Shown here: piece by piece, positions 60,871 to 64,000 of the stretch | How positions within the stretch are numbered: the stretch's first letter is position 1 | Layout of the letters: every line of letters begins with the position of its first letter | Program-made: the position numbers and the translations under genes | Notes under the pieces: model-generated | The model's input: the letters and a program-made list of their open reading frames with translations, nothing else | What the model was told of the DNA's origin: nothing | The model's database searches: none | DNA from: Prorocentrum cordatum | Taxonomy: Eukaryota | Length of the DNA stretch: 64,000 bases | Reading direction: 5' to 3' | Assembly (NCBI GenBank): GCA_963575745.1 | Contig: CAUYUJ010000004.1 | Span: forward strand, 558,001-622,000

Positions 60871-61900
60871 ATGGACCCTGATGACAACACTGGGCGCATT
60901 GATGCCCCATGGCAACAAGTTAAGGAGTACGTTTCGAAGACGAGTGGAGAAGCTAATGAGCCCTGGTGGCATTGCGCACCGTGCGACAAATGGGCAGCCC
61001 CGACGCACCAGATTTCGCAGGACCACATTAAGAACGTACAGAATAAGTATCTCTGGTTCCATGAGGCTTGTCCACAGGGTTCTGATGAAGAAAAGGCCGC
61101 ATGGTGCTCTACCATCATGGACACCGTGGAGCTCCACCCGAGCTACGTCCAGAGGAAGCGGGAAGACGATGAAGCGGAGGACTCGAGGTCGACGAGGAAG
61201 GCCAAGGTCAACAAGGCCAGAGATGGCAGAGGAGAGCAATGGCAAAGTGAAGGCAATCAGCAAGAAGCTGGAACAGCTGCAGGAGCTCTACACAACTGGA
61301 AAAGCTGGAACAGCTCAAGAGCTGCGTCATCAGGAGTTGCAACAGCAGGAGCTGATACATGGCGAGCACAGCAGTGGCAGCAGCAGGACGGGCTAACCAC
61401 CGTTATCACCACGATGCTCAATTTCTTGACCAACGCACAGAGCAACAAGGACGAGAAGATGGATGCGATTCTGGCTCTCCTGCGGGCACAGGGACATATG
61501 CTCATGCACCCCCAGCGGGCACAGGGCAACCTGCAGAATAAAGTCGAGGAGCTCGATCGAAAGTGGAGGAGCTCAAGCAGAAGGACAAACAGCAGCACCA
61601 GTGAGCTCAGCAGCAGGACAAGTGACCTCGCATGGGCGTCTGGTAGCCGATGTCGGAGGCGCGCAGCCTGGCTTGCGTGCTGGCTCTTTTTTTCGCCGCG
61701 CTGACGCGGCGCAGGGGGCTGGGATATCTATGGCTCCTGAAGTTTTGGGAGGCTCTGGATTTGTTCACCAAGTGAGTATGCTCCTTATGGCCCCCACAGC
61801 GCCCACCTGTCGGAGCCCCACCTCGAGCTCGATCCTCGACTACTTCGTTTTGGGAGCAGGTGTTGCTATATTGATTTCAGGCGCTGACTTCGTGCGTCCA
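60871..61900 (+). pseudogene. Possible LINE remnant: zinc-finger ORF followed by an APE C-terminal fragment
   Basis: WHCAPCDKWA...HQISQDHIKN (matrin-like C2H2), a coiled coil, then APTCRSPTSSSILDYFVL (PT..IDYF motif). Confidence 0.45.
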
Positions 61901-64000
61901 CGGGAGTTCTAACATATCATGTTAGAGCTCCCACGGAGCTCTAACATACGATGTTAGAGCTCCATTGGGGCTCTACCATAACTCTAACATGCTATGTATG
62001 TTAGAGCTCCACTGGAGCTCTAACATGCCATGTTAGAGCTTCCAGGAGGGAGCTCTAATATAATCTAACGTGCTATGTTAGAGCTCCGTTGGAGCTCTAA
62101 CATGCAATGTTAGAGCTCCCTGGGAGGTCTAACATGCAAGGTTAGAGGTGCCAGGGAGTTCCCTGGCATCACATGGTTCAGCTCCCAGGGAGCTATATAT
62201 AATAACATGACATGTTAGAGGTCCCACGGAGTTCTAACATACGATGTTAGAACTCCCAAGGAGCTCCAACATATCTAACTTGCTATGTTAACAGCATGTT
62301 AGAGTTGCCTCCCATACTCGATGGGACCTCTAACATAGCATGTTAGAGCTCCCATCGAGCCGTCCCGCCCCGTCGTCGTCGTCGTCGTCGTCGTCGTCCC
62401 ATTGGGCACGTCCGCATGCCGTCCCCCCGCCATCGTCGTCGTCGTCGTCGTGATGATGATGGTGGTGATGATGGTGATGATGGTGATGGATGATGGCTGT
62501 ATATCTACGATCGGATATCGCCATTCGAAATTATCATTATCATCGTCATAAACATCGTCATCATGAAAAACATGACATCGCCATAATCACAATCAAAAAA
62601 CCAGCAAAAAACAGGAAAGACCATAATCACATCAAAAACACATCAAAAACATCAACCTAAACCAGCCCGTATCCCAGCCAGTCGAGGGGCCGCTTCCGAC
62701 GAGGAGGCCGGGAGCTCTAACATGCCATGTTAGAGCTCCCACCGAGCTCTAACATACCATGTTAGAGCTCCCAGTGAGCTCTAACATACTCTAACATGCT
62801 ATGTTGGAGCTCCGTCGGAGCTCGAACAAGCCATGTTAGAGCATCCCAGGAGCTCTAACATAGCATGTTGGAGCATTTTAGAGCTCCCACGGAGCTCTAA
62901 CATACCATGTGAGAGCTCCCAGGGAGCTCTAACATACTCTAACATGCTATGTTAGAGCTCCGTTGGAGCTCGGTATGTTAGAGCTCCCAGGGAGCTCTAA
63001 TATGGGAGCTCTAGCGTAGCATGTTAGAGCTCCCTGGGAGCTCTAACATGCTATGTTAGAGCTCCCTGGTCGCTCTAACCTACCCGCCGCCACCCGCCGC
63101 CGCCGTGTTCGAGCTCCCACGGAGCTCTAACATACCATGTTGGAGCTCCCAGGGAGCTCTAGCATACTCTTAACTTGCTACGTTAGAGCTCCACTGGAGC
63201 TCTAACATACGATGTTAGAGCTCCCAGGGAGCTCAAACATGCCATGTTAGAGCTCCCACGGAGCTCTAACATACCACGTTAGAGCTCCCAGGGAGCTCTA
63301 ACATACTCTAACATGCTACGTTAGAGCTCCGTTGGAGCTCGGTATGTTAGAGCTCCCAGGGAGCTCTAATATGGGAGCTCTAACCTGCCCGCCGCCACTG
63401 CCGCCGCCGTGTTAGAGCTCCCACGGAGCTCTAACATGCGATGCTAGAGCTTCCAGGGGGCTCTAGCATAATCTAACATGCTATGTTAGAGCTCCATTGG
63501 AGCTCTAATGGAGCTCTAACATACGATGTTAGAGCTCCCAGGGAGCTCTAACATACTCTAACATGCTATGTTAGAGCTCCGTTGGCGCTCTAACATGCCA
63601 TGTTAGAGCTCCCTGGGGGTGCCAACATAACATGTTAGAACTTCCTGGAGCTCTACCATGCCATGTTAGAGCTCCCTGTGAGGTCTAATATGCTAGGTTA
63701 GAGGTGCCAGGGAGTTCCCTGGGAGCTCTTACATGACATGTTTCAGCTCCCAGGGAGCTATAACATGACATGTTAGAGGTCCCACGGAGTTCTAACATAC
63801 GATGTTAGATATCCCGCGGAGCTCTAACATACGATGTTAGAGCTCTTAAGGAGCTCGCACATACGAGAACATGCTATGTTAGAGCTCCATTGGAGCTCTA
63901 ACATACTCTGACTTGCTATGTTAGAGCCCCTGGGAGCTCTAACATAGCATGTTAGAGCTCCCACGGAGCTCTAACATACGATGTTAGAGCTCCCAGGGAG
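61900..64000. repeat. Palindromic satellite of alternating ATGTTAGAGCTC / GAGCTCTAACAT units
   Basis: Directly visible; interrupted by low-complexity sequence at ~62360-62710; runs off the window end. Confidence 0.95.

Overview
Eukaryotic, transposon-dense DNA, very probably from a dinoflagellate: there is a 21/22 match to the dinoflagellate spliced leader at 34589-34610 and a GC-AG intron. The only clear host gene is ATG18/WIPI-like (47650-~49360). Bases 1-20432 are the 3' part of a decayed giant Ty1/copia LTR retrotransposon (gag tail, protease, integrase, RT, RNase H). Its reading frame continues into a C5 cytosine-methyltransferase-like domain and then ~10 kb more of stop- and frameshift-broken ORF. 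That ORF contains SGNH-hydrolase-like, PARP/ADP-ribosyltransferase-like and Tpt1/KptA RNA 2'-phosphotransferase-like domains, and is followed by a G-tract and a short putative LTR. This cargo is the most interesting system in the window. Downstream are: a 5'-inverted (twin-primed) LINE with a 20-bp TSD; a near full-length RNase H-bearing LINE that starts with a spliced leader and sits in a (TCC)n tract; the 5' end of a second related copia element; several MITE/TIR elements; a hAT-like transposase; a GIY-YIG-like ORF; and many micro-/minisatellites, including a palindromic GAGCTC satellite. All domain calls come from reading motifs by eye; no database search was run.
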